A stretch of 64,000 nucleotides of DNA, from NCBI RefSeq assembly GCF_004765795.1, contig NZ_SBIV01000001.1, forward strand, positions 310,001 to 374,000, written 5' to 3'. Each line of letters starts with the position of its first letter. Positions within the stretch are counted from its first letter, which is position 1. Made by a program: the position numbers and the translations under genes. This DNA is from Halorussus marinus (GTDB lineage: Archaea > Halobacteriota > Halobacteria > Halobacteriales > Haladaptataceae). The notes below the pieces were generated by a model. The model saw nothing but the letters and a program-made list of their open reading frames with translations. It searched no databases and had not been told where the DNA came from. Positions 48,035 to 58,455 of this stretch are shown piece after piece.

Positions 48035-49006
48035 TCAGGGAGTCAACACGACCTTCCCGACGGTCTCGCGGCTCTCGATGGCCTCGTGGGCGGCCGCGGC
48101 GTCCGTCAGATCGAAGCTGTCGCCGACCACGACCTCCAGATCGCCGGCGGCAAGCAGTTTCTGGAGTTCGGGGACCGACTGGAGGACGCGCTCGGGAGTC
48201 CGTTCGAGCGCGTTGCCGAGGTGGAACCCCCGGACCGACTTGTTCTCGAACAGGAGGTCGGTGGTGTCGACCTGTCCGGGGACGCCGCTGGCGGCGCCGT
48301 ACGTCACGATCCGGCCGAAGTGTGCGAGCGCGTCGACGCTCCGAGAGAACGCGTCGCCGCCGACGCCGTCGAGGACGAGGTCGAGGCCCGCGCCGTCTGT
48401 CTCCTCGGCCACGACCTCGCGGAGGTCGGTCGTCTCGTAGTTGATCGGGTGGTCACAGCCCAGCCGCTCTGCGAGCTCGAGCTTCTCGCCGGTGCTCGCG
48501 GTGCCGAACACGGTCGCGTCGGCCGCGGCCGCGAGCTGGACCGCCGCGGTGCCGACCCCGCCGGCCGCGGCGTGGACGAGCACGTTCTCGCCGGCCTCCA
48601 GCCCGCCCCACTCGTGGAGGACGGCGTGGGCCGTCAGGAACTGCACCGGGAAGCCCGCGGCGGCCTCGAACTCCATCGACTCGGGCACCTCGAACAGCGA
48701 ATCGGCGTCGGCGAGCGCGTACTCGGCGTACCCGCCGACGCCGGTCATCGCGACCACGCGGTCGCCCTCGGCGGCGTCGGCGCCCTCGCCGACCGCGTCG
48801 ACGGTGCCGGCGGCCTCCATCCCGGGGACGAACGGCGGCGTCGGCCCGCCCTTGTAGTGGCCGCGCCGTTGCATGATGTCCGCGAAGTTGATGCCGGCGG
48901 CCTCGACGTCGATCCGGACCTGTCCCGCGTCGGGCTCGGGCGTCTCGGCGTCGATCACTTCGAGCGCGTCGCTATCGCCGAACTCCGTGACTTGGATCGC
49001 GTTCAC
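48035..49006 (-). CDS. NADPH:quinone oxidoreductase (MDR family)
   Basis: AAGINFAD, PGMEAAG, HAAAGGVG, GKVVL; GTG start. Confidence 0.9.
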   Translation of the reverse strand: MNAIQVTEFGDSDALEVIDAETPEPDAGQVRIDVEAAGINFADIMQRRGHYKGGPTPPFVPGMEAAGTVDAVGEGADAAEGDRVVAMTGVGGYAEYALADADSLFEVPESMEFEAAAGFPVQFLTAHAVLHEWGGLEAGENVLVHAAAGGVGTAAVQLAAAADATVFGTASTGEKLELAERLGCDHPINYETTDLREVVAEETDGAGLDLVLDGVGGDAFSRSVDALAHFGRIVTYGAASGVPGQVDTTDLLFENKSVRGFHLGNALERTPERVLQSVPELQKLLAAGDLEVVVGDSFDLTDAAAAHEAIESRETVGKVVLTP

Positions 49007-49062
49007 CTCCGGTGGTTCGGCCGGCGGGCGGATAAGTGGCGTGCCCGAGGCAGGACGGGGCG

Positions 49063-49248
49063 CTACTCGAGGGTCTCGACCCCGGCGTCCGGGGCGTTCT
49101 GTTTCACGCTCCGGAGGCCCTGTTCGGCCTTCTGTTTCGAGGCGTACCCCTCGCCGGAGTCGGCGATGATGTTCCCGTTGTCGTGGACGAGTCGCCACCG
49201 CCACTCGTCGGTCTCGTCTCGGTACAGTTCGAAGGTGGCGTTGCTCAT
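49063..49248 (-). CDS. DUF1508 / YegP-like small protein
   Basis: FELYRD...WRWRL...NGNIIADSGEGY. Confidence 0.88.
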   Translation of the reverse strand: MSNATFELYRDETDEWRWRLVHDNGNIIADSGEGYASKQKAEQGLRSVKQNAPDAGVETLE

Positions 49249-49402
49249 GGGTCGTCGGCCGAAGGCTCGGAGTCGCGGTACAAAAGCGTTCCCCGCCGTC
49301 GACCGCGAGCGCGGATCTCGGCCGCGCCAGTCCGTGACGCGGTATCGCGGTTCCGGCAAGCCTCAAGGCGACGTGGCCACTACGAACGTTTCTCTGAACA
49401 CG

Positions 49403-50413
49403 ATGTGGAACACGACGCTTCGATCTCACTCTGCGGTCGGTCTGTTCGTCGGTCTCGCGGCCGTCTGGGGCACCGCGTATCTCGCGATTCAGGTCGGCCT
49501 CCGGTCGATCCCGCCGATCACCTTCGCCGCGCTCCGCTACGACGTCGCCGGGCTGGTGTTGCTCGCGGCGACCGCCGGGCTCGCGCTCCGCACCGGGAGT
49601 CGGTGGCGCCCTCGAACGCGCGAGGAGTGGGCGCTGGTCGGGACGGGCGGACTGCTCGTCGTCGGCGTCCACTTCGCGCTGTTGTTCGCGGGCCAACAGT
49701 ACGTCTCGGGCGGGGTCGGCTCGATCGTGATGAGCCTCTCGCCCGTCCTGACGCCGGCGTTCGCGCTGGCGCTGTTGCCCGACGAGCGCCCGGACCGCCG
49801 GCAGGTCGTCGGCGTGGCGCTCGGACTCCTCGGCGTGGTCGTCGTCGCCCGTCCGGACCCCTCGGGCGGCCAGACCGCCCTCGGCGTGGGGCTGATGGTC
49901 CTCTCGGCGGCGAGCTTCGCGCTCGGCTCGGTACTCACCCGCCGGTACGACAGCGGGCTTTCGCTGATAGCCGCCCAGGCGTGGACGATGCTGATCGGCG
50001 CAGCGTTTCTCGACCTGCTCGTGGTCGGACTCCCCGGCGAGTCGTTCCGCGCGGTCGCGCCGACGCCGACCGCGCTCGCGGCGCTCGCGTACCTCTCGAT
50101 CGTCGCGAGCGTCGGGGGCTTTCTCGCGTACTTCCGACTGCTCGACCTGTTCGGACCCAACGAGGCGAGCCTCGTCAACTACGCGGTCCCGATGTTCGCC
50201 GCCCTCGGCGAGTGGCTCGCGCTCGGTCGCGCGCTCGCGCCGCCGACCGTCGTCGGGTTCGGGATCATCCTCGCCGGGTTCGGCGCGGTGAAGTGGCGGA
50301 CGCTCCGCCGGGCGACGACCCCGACGCCCGACCGGCCCGCCGCCAGAGCACAGGCCGCGGACGCCGGCGCCGTGATGGTCCGGGAGAACGTCTACTACCG
50401 GGACGTCGAGTAG
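49403..50413 (+). CDS. DMT/EamA family transporter
   Basis: WGTAY, PPITFAALRY, about 10 TMs. Confidence 0.9.
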   Translation: MWNTTLRSHSAVGLFVGLAAVWGTAYLAIQVGLRSIPPITFAALRYDVAGLVLLAATAGLALRTGSRWRPRTREEWALVGTGGLLVVGVHFALLFAGQQYVSGGVGSIVMSLSPVLTPAFALALLPDERPDRRQVVGVALGLLGVVVVARPDPSGGQTALGVGLMVLSAASFALGSVLTRRYDSGLSLIAAQAWTMLIGAAFLDLLVVGLPGESFRAVAPTPTALAALAYLSIVASVGGFLAYFRLLDLFGPNEASLVNYAVPMFAALGEWLALGRALAPPTVVGFGIILAGFGAVKWRTLRRATTPTPDRPAARAQAADAGAVMVRENVYYRDVE

Positions 50414-50414
50414 G

Positions 50415-51419
50415 CTACGCCTCGGGCGCGAGCGCGTCGAGGGTCGCTTCGACCTCCTCGGGCTCGGCCCCGCGCGGGAACGACACCGCCAGCCGGTCGA
50501 CGCCGTCGATCGCTTCGAACTTCTCGAGCTGTGCGCGGGCCTCCTCGGGCGTCCCGACCGCGCCGAGGTCTTCGAGCAGGTCGTCGTCGATCGCCGCGAG
50601 CGCGGCCTCCTGATCGCCGTTGCCCCACGCCGCCGCGACCTCGTTCGCGGTCTCCTCGTAGCCCTGTCGGGCGAGCGCGTTCCGGTAGAACGTCCCCATC
50701 GCGCCGACGTAAAACGAGAGGTGCTGGCGGGCGAGCCGGCGAGCCCGCTCGCCGTCTTCCGAGACACAGCAGGTCAGCGAGACGGTCGTCCGCACCGCCT
50801 CGGGATCCCGGTCGCCGAGCTCGGCGCCCCGCCGGAGGTCTTCGATCCGGTCGCGCAGGCCGTCGGGTGTGAGCATCAGCGCGTGCCAGCCGTCGGCGAA
50901 CCGGCCCGCGAGCTCGACCGACTTCGGGCCCATCCCCGCGGCGTCGATCGCCACCGGGGTCTCGGGCGGATCACACCGGAGTCGGAACCCGCCGAGGGTG
51001 AACACGTCGCCGTCGTAGTCGACCTGCTCGCCCGACAGCACCGCCCGGATCACGTCGAGGTACTCGCGGGTCCGCCGGAGCGGGCGGTCGAACTCGGCGC
51101 CGTGCCAGCCCTCGATGACCGCCGGCCCCGAGGGGCCGATTCCGAGCCGGAGCCGGCCGTCCGAGAGCTCCTGGAGCGTGGCGGCGGTCTGGCCCACCAG
51201 CGCCGGCGACCGCGAGTAGACGTTGAGGATCGACGGCCCGATGCCGACGGTGTCGGTGCGTTCGGCGATGGCCGAGAGGACGGTCGCGGCGTCCCGGCCC
51301 CACGTCTCGGGGAGCCAGACCCGTCGGTAGCCGAGGTCTTCGGCGCGCTGGGCGTAGCCGACGATGTCGGAGATGTTCGGCTGGGCGGCCACCGGCAAGT
51401 GGACGGTTCGGTCGGTCAT
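50415..51419 (-). CDS. LLM-class F420-dependent oxidoreductase
   Basis: WLPETWGRD, NVYSRSPA, GRLRLGIG, GMGPKSVELAGRFADGW. Confidence 0.9.
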   Translation of the reverse strand: MTDRTVHLPVAAQPNISDIVGYAQRAEDLGYRRVWLPETWGRDAATVLSAIAERTDTVGIGPSILNVYSRSPALVGQTAATLQELSDGRLRLGIGPSGPAVIEGWHGAEFDRPLRRTREYLDVIRAVLSGEQVDYDGDVFTLGGFRLRCDPPETPVAIDAAGMGPKSVELAGRFADGWHALMLTPDGLRDRIEDLRRGAELGDRDPEAVRTTVSLTCCVSEDGERARRLARQHLSFYVGAMGTFYRNALARQGYEETANEVAAAWGNGDQEAALAAIDDDLLEDLGAVGTPEEARAQLEKFEAIDGVDRLAVSFPRGAEPEEVEATLDALAPEA

Positions 51420-51619
51420 AGGAGCCACCACGGACCCCGCCACCATAGTTCCGGTGTCAACTCCGCGACCGACAAACGGCGTTTATCGCGTCCGGGGTTT
51501 GCCCTCGGGCGCTCGCGACCCCGTCGATCGGGCGAAACCGGTACTCATTACGCTTTCGGTCGATGCGCGCTCTCTCCGTTTCCCGGTAAACCTTTTAGAG
51601 TTACACCCAACGACACAGT

Positions 51620-52711
51620 ATGGACTTCTCGGTCGCGACCGCGCGAGCCCGGCGGCTCTCGCTGTCGACCGGCGAGATCACCGGCGCGGTCGGCGACTCG
51701 GTGACCGTCCTGCCGGTGGTGGTCGCGGTCGCGGCGCTGACCGAGCTCCGGCTCCCGGTGCTCCTGCTGTGGTTCGGCGCGTTCCAGATCGTCTGGGGAC
51801 TGTGGTACGGCTCGCCGGTGTCGGTCGAGCCGATGAAGGCGCTGGCGGCGCTGGTGATCGCCGGATCGCTGACCGTCCCGGAACTCGCGACCGCCGGGCT
51901 CCTCTCGGGGGGCGTGCTCCTCGCGTTCGGGGCCGCGGGCGCGCTGGGCGCGCTCGCCGAGCGGGTCGACGACGCGGTGATCCGGGGCGTGCAGGTCGCG
52001 GTCGCGCTCGTGCTCGCCCGGACCGGGCTCGAACTCGGGGCGAGCGCCCCGACGGTCGCGCTGGGGGCCGCGGCGGCGGGCCTCGCGGTCGCGGCGGTCG
52101 GCTACCCCCGGGCGAGCGCGCTGGTGGTTCTCGCGCTCGGCGCCGGAGTCGCGGGCGCCGCGACCGGACTGCCGTCGGTCGCGATCCCCGACGTTCGTCC
52201 GAGCATCGCGCTCGCGCCCACCGCCGACGCGCTCGCGGCGACCGGCGCCCAGTTGGCGATGACCGTCGGGAACGCGGCGGTCGCGACCTCGCTCCTCCTC
52301 GAGGACCTCTACGACGCCGACGTCTCGCCCGACGAGCTGTCGGCGAGCATGGGCGCGATGAACCTCCTCGCGGTGCCCCTCGGCGGGCTCCCGATGTGCC
52401 ACGGGAGCGGCGGCGTCGCCGGGAAGTACGCGTTCGGAGCCCGGACTGCGGGAGCGAACCTCGTGCTCGGCGCGCTCTACGTCGGCGCGGCGCTTGGCGC
52501 GGCCGAGGTGGTCGCCGCCTTCCCGCTGGCCGCGCTCGGCGTAGTGTTGGTCATCGTCGCGGCCCAGCTCGGCCGCTCGGGGCTCCGGACCGACTCGCCG
52601 GGGCTGACCGTCGGCGTCGGGATCCTCGGGGCGGCGACGAACGTCGGGCTGGCGTTCGCGGTCGGGATCGTCGCGTCGGTCGCGCTCGGGCGGGTCCGCT
52701 CGGGCGCGTGA
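51620..52711 (+). CDS. Putative sulfate/molybdate transporter (MOT1-like)
   Basis: EITGAVGD, SVEPMKA, PMCHGSGG...FGART. Confidence 0.85.
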   Translation: MDFSVATARARRLSLSTGEITGAVGDSVTVLPVVVAVAALTELRLPVLLLWFGAFQIVWGLWYGSPVSVEPMKALAALVIAGSLTVPELATAGLLSGGVLLAFGAAGALGALAERVDDAVIRGVQVAVALVLARTGLELGASAPTVALGAAAAGLAVAAVGYPRASALVVLALGAGVAGAATGLPSVAIPDVRPSIALAPTADALAATGAQLAMTVGNAAVATSLLLEDLYDADVSPDELSASMGAMNLLAVPLGGLPMCHGSGGVAGKYAFGARTAGANLVLGALYVGAALGAAEVVAAFPLAALGVVLVIVAAQLGRSGLRTDSPGLTVGVGILGAATNVGLAFAVGIVASVALGRVRSGA

Positions 52712-52751
52712 GACCGGCCCTTTGACAATCCGGCGGTCCTTCGCTTCGGGC

Positions 52752-54152
52752 ATGAACGTCCACTGGCACCGTCGGGACCTCCGCGTCGCCGACAACCGCG
52801 CGCTCGCTGAGGCGGCGGCCGACGACGCGGTCCTGCCGGTCTTCGTCCTCGATCCGGGCGTCCTCGATCACGCGGGCCCGCCCCGGGTCGCGTTCTTGCT
52901 CGACGCGCTCGAATCGCTCCGCGAGACGTACCGCGGACTCGGCGGGGACCTCCTCGTGGTCCGGGGCGACCCCCGCGAGGAGCTCCCTCGGATCGCACGC
53001 GAACGCGACGCAGAGGCCGTCTACTGGAATCGGGACTACTCGGGGCTGGCCCGCGAGCGCGACAGCGCGGTCCGGCTCGCGCTCGACGACGCCGGCGTCT
53101 CGCGGGGCGCATACCACGACGAGCTCCTCCACGAGCCGGGGTCGATCCGAACCAACAAGGGCGAGCACTACTCGGTGTTTTCGTACTTCTGGAAGAAGTG
53201 GGCAGACCGCGAGAAAGACCGCCCGATCGACGCGCCCGCGGCGGGCCGGATCGTCGATCCCGGAGACGCCTCCCCGATCCCGACGCTCGACGATCTCGGC
53301 GTCGAGGCGCCGACCGCCGAGATCCCGCCGGCCGGGACAGAGTCGGCCCGCGAGCGGCTCCGGGCCTTTTGCGAGGGCCCGATCTTCCGGTACGACGAGT
53401 CCCGCGACGACCCCGCGGCCGACGCGACCTCCCGTCTCTCGGTCCAGCTCAAGTACGGCACGCTCGGCGTCCGCGAGGTCTGGGCGACGGTCGCCGACGC
53501 CGCCGAGCGCGCCGATGGCGACGAGGCCGACGCGGTCGAGGAGTACCAGCGCCAACTCGCGTGGCGGGAGTTCTACGCCCACGTCCTCGCGGCCCGGCCC
53601 GACGTGGTGACCGAAGACTACCGCGGGTACGACAACCCCGTCGAGTGGCGCGACGACCCCGAGGCCCTGCAGGCGTGGAAGGACGGCCGGACTGGCTATC
53701 CGATCGTCGACGCCGGGATGCGCCAGCTCCGGGCGGAGGCGTGGATGCACAACCGCCTGCGGATGGTCGTCGCCTCGTTTCTCACCAAGGACTTGCTGAT
53801 CGACTGGCGGGCGGGCTACGACTGGTTCCGCGAGAAGCTGGTGGACCACGACACCGCCAACGACACCGGCGGCTGGCAGTGGGCGGCCTCGACCGGAACG
53901 GACGCCCAGCCGTACTTCCGGGTGTTCAACCCGATGACGCAGGGCGAGCGCCACGACCCCGACGCCGAGTACATCAAGCGCTACGTCCCCGAGCTCCGGG
54001 ACGCGCCCCCCGACGAGATCCACTCGTGGCACGAGCTTTCAGACGCCGAGCGCGACCGGATCGCGCCGGCGTATCCCGAACCGATCGTCGACCACGCCGA
54101 CCGCCGCGAGCGTGCCATCGAGATGTTCGAACGCGCCCGCGGAGAGGACTGA
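52752..54152 (+). CDS. phr: Deoxyribodipyrimidine photolyase
   Basis: WHRRDLRVADN, TGYPIVDAGMRQL, WMHNRLRM, WQWAASTG. Confidence 0.95.
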   Translation: MNVHWHRRDLRVADNRALAEAAADDAVLPVFVLDPGVLDHAGPPRVAFLLDALESLRETYRGLGGDLLVVRGDPREELPRIARERDAEAVYWNRDYSGLARERDSAVRLALDDAGVSRGAYHDELLHEPGSIRTNKGEHYSVFSYFWKKWADREKDRPIDAPAAGRIVDPGDASPIPTLDDLGVEAPTAEIPPAGTESARERLRAFCEGPIFRYDESRDDPAADATSRLSVQLKYGTLGVREVWATVADAAERADGDEADAVEEYQRQLAWREFYAHVLAARPDVVTEDYRGYDNPVEWRDDPEALQAWKDGRTGYPIVDAGMRQLRAEAWMHNRLRMVVASFLTKDLLIDWRAGYDWFREKLVDHDTANDTGGWQWAASTGTDAQPYFRVFNPMTQGERHDPDAEYIKRYVPELRDAPPDEIHSWHELSDAERDRIAPAYPEPIVDHADRRERAIEMFERARGED

Positions 54153-54219
54153 GACGCGAGAGTCGGCCGTGTGAACCTCCGACACACTTTACTGCCCGCT
54201 CGTTTCATTATTCGAGAGC

Positions 54220-54609
54220 ATGTCTGACGATGGGTTCGGTTCGGGGGCCGACGAAGAGAAACCGACCGTCAGCGACGGCGGGACGTCGCTTCTGAGCCGC
54301 GTCTTCGGGGCGCTCGCCGAACCGCGACGCCGGTACGTCCTCTACTACCTGCGCGAACACGGCCGGGCTAGAGTCGACGACCTCGCGATCCAGATCGGGG
54401 CGTGGGAGCGCGACGTTGCGACGGCCGAACTCTCTGTCGACGACGTCGAGCAGATCACGCTCGAACTCGTTCACACTCACCTCCCCAAGCTCGAAGACGC
54501 GGGTCTGGTCGGATACGATCGCCGGACCGAAACCGTGAGCTACGACTATCCGCCGTCGCTGCTCGACGAGGCGCTCGATATCGCGGCCATGATCGAAGAC
54601 CACCCGTGA
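54220..54609 (+). CDS. wHTH protein (DUF7344-like)
   Basis: FGALAEPRRRYVLYYL...LVHTHLPKLEDAGLVGYD. Confidence 0.85.
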   Translation: MSDDGFGSGADEEKPTVSDGGTSLLSRVFGALAEPRRRYVLYYLREHGRARVDDLAIQIGAWERDVATAELSVDDVEQITLELVHTHLPKLEDAGLVGYDRRTETVSYDYPPSLLDEALDIAAMIEDHP

Positions 54610-54633
54610 CCGCCCGGCGGCGACACCGTCCGA

Positions 54634-55116
54634 CTACTCGCCGAACGGGTTCTCGAAGTCCCCCCGGATGAAGTACCGAACCCAGTTGCCGTGCGTGCGG
54701 TCGGCGGGGTCGTCTGCGATCTGTTCGTACCTCACGGTGGCGTCGGTGTCGACGACGTACGTGCCGGCGACCGCGGTCAGGCCGTGGTCGGTCTGTTCGG
54801 TGCCGCTGTACTGGTCGGCGACCGACCCGTCGGGGTCCGCGAGCAACTGGAAGTTGTAGCCAAAGCGGTCGCGCATCTCGACCAGTTTCGGACGCGGGCT
54901 CGTCACCACCGGCAGGACGTCGACGCCCTCGTTGAAGTGGAGGTCCTCGTAGACCCGGCTGAACGTCGCGAGCTGTTCGGCACAGAAGCTACACCAGTGG
55001 CCGCGGTTGACGAGCACGACCGTCGGGCCGTCGTCGAGGGTCTCGCCGAGCGAGACCTCGCCGCCGGACGTGCTTTCGAGCGTGAAATCGGGCGCGGTAG
55101 TGCCTTCGAGAGACAT
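54634..55116 (-). CDS. Peroxiredoxin-like (AhpC/TSA) protein
   Basis: APDFTL, RGHWCSFC, LLADPDG. Confidence 0.85.
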   Translation of the reverse strand: MSLEGTTAPDFTLESTSGGEVSLGETLDDGPTVVLVNRGHWCSFCAEQLATFSRVYEDLHFNEGVDVLPVVTSPRPKLVEMRDRFGYNFQLLADPDGSVADQYSGTEQTDHGLTAVAGTYVVDTDATVRYEQIADDPADRTHGNWVRYFIRGDFENPFGE

Positions 55117-55281
55117 GGACCGATAGACGGCGCCCCGATCAAAGGCGCTTGTGCCCGCGGCCGCGCTCGCCGGGGCGGTCCCGGCGTCCAACGAGTGTCC
55201 GGGAACCCGCATATCGGGGTTTCGACCACTGGGTCAACGCTTAACACCGGCCCCGTTGAGCGACTCGACGGGGGAGATACT

Positions 55282-55914
55282 GTGAGTACCTACGAGCTTC
55301 CGGAGCTACCGTACGACTACGACGCGCTCGAACCGGTCATCGACGAGCGCATCATGGAACTGCACCACGACAAGCACCATCAGGGGTACGTCGACGGGGC
55401 GAACGCCGCGCTCGAGGCGCTCGACGGGATGCGCGAGCGCGACGAGTTCGGCGACACCCGCGCGGTCAAGCGCAGTCTCGCGTTCAACCTCTCGGGCCAC
55501 GTCAATCACACCGTCTTCTGGCAGAACATGTCGCCCGACGGCGGCGGCGAGCCCGGGGGCGAACTCGCCGACGCGTTCGAGGACCACTTCGGCGGCTACG
55601 ACGGCTTCAAACGGGACTTCTCGGCGGCCGCCAAGAACGTCGAGGGGTCGGGCTGGGGGATGCTCGTCTACGACCACATCGCCGACAAGCCGATGGTCGC
55701 GGCCGCGGAGAACCACCAGAACCAGCACCCGCAGGGCGCGACGCCCCTGCTCGTCCTCGACGTGTGGGAGCACGCCTACTACCTCCAGTACGAGAACAAC
55801 CGCGGCGACTACGTCGAGAACTTCTGGGACGTCGTCGACTGGGACGACGTCGAACGGCGCTACCAGCAGGCGCGGGACGCCGACGCGATCCCGGTCCACA
55901 CCGGTTCCGAGTAA
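55282..55914 (+). CDS. sod: Fe/Mn superoxide dismutase, divergent copy
   Basis: HHDKHH, GHVNH, DVWEHAYY; GTG start. Confidence 0.92.
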   Translation: MSTYELPELPYDYDALEPVIDERIMELHHDKHHQGYVDGANAALEALDGMRERDEFGDTRAVKRSLAFNLSGHVNHTVFWQNMSPDGGGEPGGELADAFEDHFGGYDGFKRDFSAAAKNVEGSGWGMLVYDHIADKPMVAAAENHQNQHPQGATPLLVLDVWEHAYYLQYENNRGDYVENFWDVVDWDDVERRYQQARDADAIPVHTGSE

Positions 55915-56134
55915 CGGCGACTCCGCGGCGGGTCGTGCCTCGGCCGTCACCCCGATTGTGGGGGCCGACCAGACGTATCTGAATTCTTACTTTAATCGAG
56001 TTCACCACTCGACGGTGAAACGGTCGCGTTCGAGGCTCAAATCCAGAATTAGGGGCGTCCTAGAGGCGTGGTACCAAACGACTACTCAACCTTTAAGAGC
56101 GAGAAGTGACATATATAGGTTGGAGGTAATATTC

Positions 56135-56746
56135 ATGCCCGAGCAATCCAATCCCGAGCTGCCACCGCTTCCGTACGACTACGACGCGCTCGAACCGCAC
56201 ATCTCCGAGCAGGTGCTGACCTGGCATCACGACACCCACCATCAGGGGTACGTAAACGGCCTCGACAGCGCCGAGCAGACGCTGGCGGAGAACCGCGAGA
56301 GCGGCGACTTCGACGGCACCGCCGGCGCGCTGGGCGACGTGACCCACAACGGATCGGGTCACTACCTGCACACGCTGTTCTGGGAGAACATGGACCCGAA
56401 CGGCGGCGGCGAGCCCGAGGGCGACCTGCGCGACCGCATCGAGGAGGACTTTGGCTCCTACGAGGGCTGGAAGGGCGAGTTCGAGACCGCAGCGAGCGCC
56501 GCGGGCGGCTGGGCGCTCCTCGTCTACGACCCCGTCGCCAAGCAACTCCGTAACGTCGCGGTCGACAAGCACGACCAGGGCGCGCTCTGGGGATCGCACC
56601 CGATCCTGGCGCTCGACGTGTGGGAACACTCCTACTACTACGACTACGGTCCGGACCGCGGCGACTTCGTGAGCAACTTCTTCGAGGTCGTCGACTGGGA
56701 CGCCGTGGCCGAGCAGTACGAGACCACCGTCGGCAACCACGAGTAG
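56135..56746 (+). CDS. sod: Mn/Fe superoxide dismutase, haloarchaeal type
   Basis: WHHDTHHQGY, GHYLH, DVWEHSYYYDYGP; TTTAAG box and GGAGG Shine-Dalgarno. Confidence 0.95.
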   Translation: MPEQSNPELPPLPYDYDALEPHISEQVLTWHHDTHHQGYVNGLDSAEQTLAENRESGDFDGTAGALGDVTHNGSGHYLHTLFWENMDPNGGGEPEGDLRDRIEEDFGSYEGWKGEFETAASAAGGWALLVYDPVAKQLRNVAVDKHDQGALWGSHPILALDVWEHSYYYDYGPDRGDFVSNFFEVVDWDAVAEQYETTVGNHE

Positions 56747-56841
56747 CGTCGACTCCGCACATTTCTTTCGCGCCTACCCGACAGCCGCAGGTGTCCTGAA
56801 ATCCCCCCGCGACCGCTTCGCACCGTCGCGGTGGTCGCCGA

Positions 56842-57273
56842 CTACCCCGGCAGGAACGACTCGACCGCGTAGTCGCCGACCACCGACTGGATGTCCCGAT
56901 ACAGCGCGCCGAAGTCGTAGCCGATGTCGCGCCGGTCGAAGCTGGCGAACACGCCGATCTTCTCCTCGTCGACCGACAGGAACGTCCGGAACTGCTCGAA
57001 GCCGTCGAACCCCCGGACGGTGTACTCGTAGTCGGCGTAGTGGAGGTCGCCGTAGGTTTCGCGGGTCACGAAGCCGTAGCGTTCGTTGTCCACGTACCGC
57101 TCGACGTCGAACCCGGCGAGCTTCTCGGAGACGTCCTCGCGGAGGAACAGCGACTCGTGGTCCGTCCGATCGAACAGCCAGACGTCACGGAGCGCGCCGC
57201 CCCCGAACGTCTCGAACGTCTCGACAAGGGCGGTTTTCGCCTCGCACCGGCTTGCCCCGTCAGATGTTGGCAT
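56842..57273 (-). CDS. Hypothetical protein (DUF7522-like)
   Basis: GGALRDV...LFLREDV...YTVRGFD; acidic. Confidence 0.65.
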   Translation of the reverse strand: MPTSDGASRCEAKTALVETFETFGGGALRDVWLFDRTDHESLFLREDVSEKLAGFDVERYVDNERYGFVTRETYGDLHYADYEYTVRGFDGFEQFRTFLSVDEEKIGVFASFDRRDIGYDFGALYRDIQSVVGDYAVESFLPG

Positions 57274-57376
57274 GTGAGAAGCAGTTTGTTAACAACCACG
57301 GATAAAAATTGAGGTTCGGCGCCGACCGAATCGAGAAGACGAACGATTTACCCGGCGGTCGACCGTATCGCCTGCC

Positions 57377-57655
57377 ATGCCCAGACCGAAGTCCGCGTTC
57401 GACGAGCTGTATCCCTGCGACTTCTACGAGCCCGACGAACTGCTGGAGCCCGATCAGATGTACACCGTCTACGAGATCGCACGCCTCCTTCAGGAGCTCG
57501 ACACCGACGCCGAGCTCGAACCCGAGACCGAGAGCGTCCTGCTCGACTGGGCCATCCCGTGGGTCGTCGACAACGCGGCCGATCTGGTCGTCGCCGAGCC
57601 CGACCGCGACGACGAGCCGGGCTACTACGGGCTGAAGACCGACGACGAGCGATGA
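57377..57655 (+). CDS. DUF5827-like small protein
   Basis: MPRPKSAF...MYTVYEIARLLQ...LDWAIPW. Confidence 0.8.
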   Translation: MPRPKSAFDELYPCDFYEPDELLEPDQMYTVYEIARLLQELDTDAELEPETESVLLDWAIPWVVDNAADLVVAEPDRDDEPGYYGLKTDDER

Positions 57656-58455
57656 GGCTGTTGGTCGCCGGCGCCGACCGGGTCGACGCCGGCAAGACCA
57701 CGTTCACGACCGGACTGGTCGACCGACTCGACGGGGTGGGGTTCAAGCCCCGCGCCGGCAACGACTACTGGTTCGACCACGACGACTACCGACGCGCGGT
57801 CGCGGCGGGCCGACTCTACGGGAAGGACGCCCGGCGGCTCGCGGCGGCGAGTCGCGGGGACTTCGACCCCGAGGAGCTCAATCCTGTTCACAGGCTCTGG
57901 CGGCCGGCGCCGGGGCCGGCGACCGGACTGATCGGCGGCGCCGACCGACGGTTCGTGCTGGATCGGGTCGGCGAGTCGTTCGTCGTCAACGCCGAGGCCG
58001 ACCTGCCCGAGGCCGCCCGCGAGGCGCTCGCGCTCGACGACGCGCCCCGAGTCGAGACGGTCGCGGAGCTGAACGAGATCGCGACGAAGCGCCACTTTCC
58101 GACGCTGGCGGCGTTCGCCGACCGGGTTCGCGCGGCCGAGCGCGCGGTCGTCGAGTCGTACGGCGACGTGGCGCTCCCGATCCGGGACCTGTCGGTCGAC
58201 GCGGTGGCGGTCGTCGAGCCCGGCCGGATGGCCGCCTACGACGGCGACCGGTTCCTGAAGGCCTGCGAGGTCGCCGGCGGGACGCCCCGCGAGGGCCGAC
58301 TCGAAGTCCACACCGGCGAGGTGACCGACCTCGCCGACCCGAAGGCGACCGCGACCCTTCCGGCGCTCGCCGACGACGACCGCCGGGACCCCCGAGCGGT
58401 CGCGCGGGCGTACGAGGCCGCCTACGACGAGCTGGTGGCGGTCGCGACCGACTAG
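57652..58455 (+). CDS. Predicted P-loop ATPase (dethiobiotin synthetase-like fold)
   Basis: LLVAGADRVDAGKTT, GFKP, VVES; ATGA-coupled to the upstream gene. Confidence 0.8.
   Translation: MRLLVAGADRVDAGKTTFTTGLVDRLDGVGFKPRAGNDYWFDHDDYRRAVAAGRLYGKDARRLAAASRGDFDPEELNPVHRLWRPAPGPATGLIGGADRRFVLDRVGESFVVNAEADLPEAAREALALDDAPRVETVAELNEIATKRHFPTLAAFADRVRAAERAVVESYGDVALPIRDLSVDAVAVVEPGRMAAYDGDRFLKACEVAGGTPREGRLEVHTGEVTDLADPKATATLPALADDDRRDPRAVARAYEAAYDELVAVATD

Noticed and set aside
56049..56063. TTAGGGGCGTCCTAG upstream of the canonical sod as a third DtxR box
   Set aside because: Spacer is one base longer and the right arm is imperfect; too weak to call.
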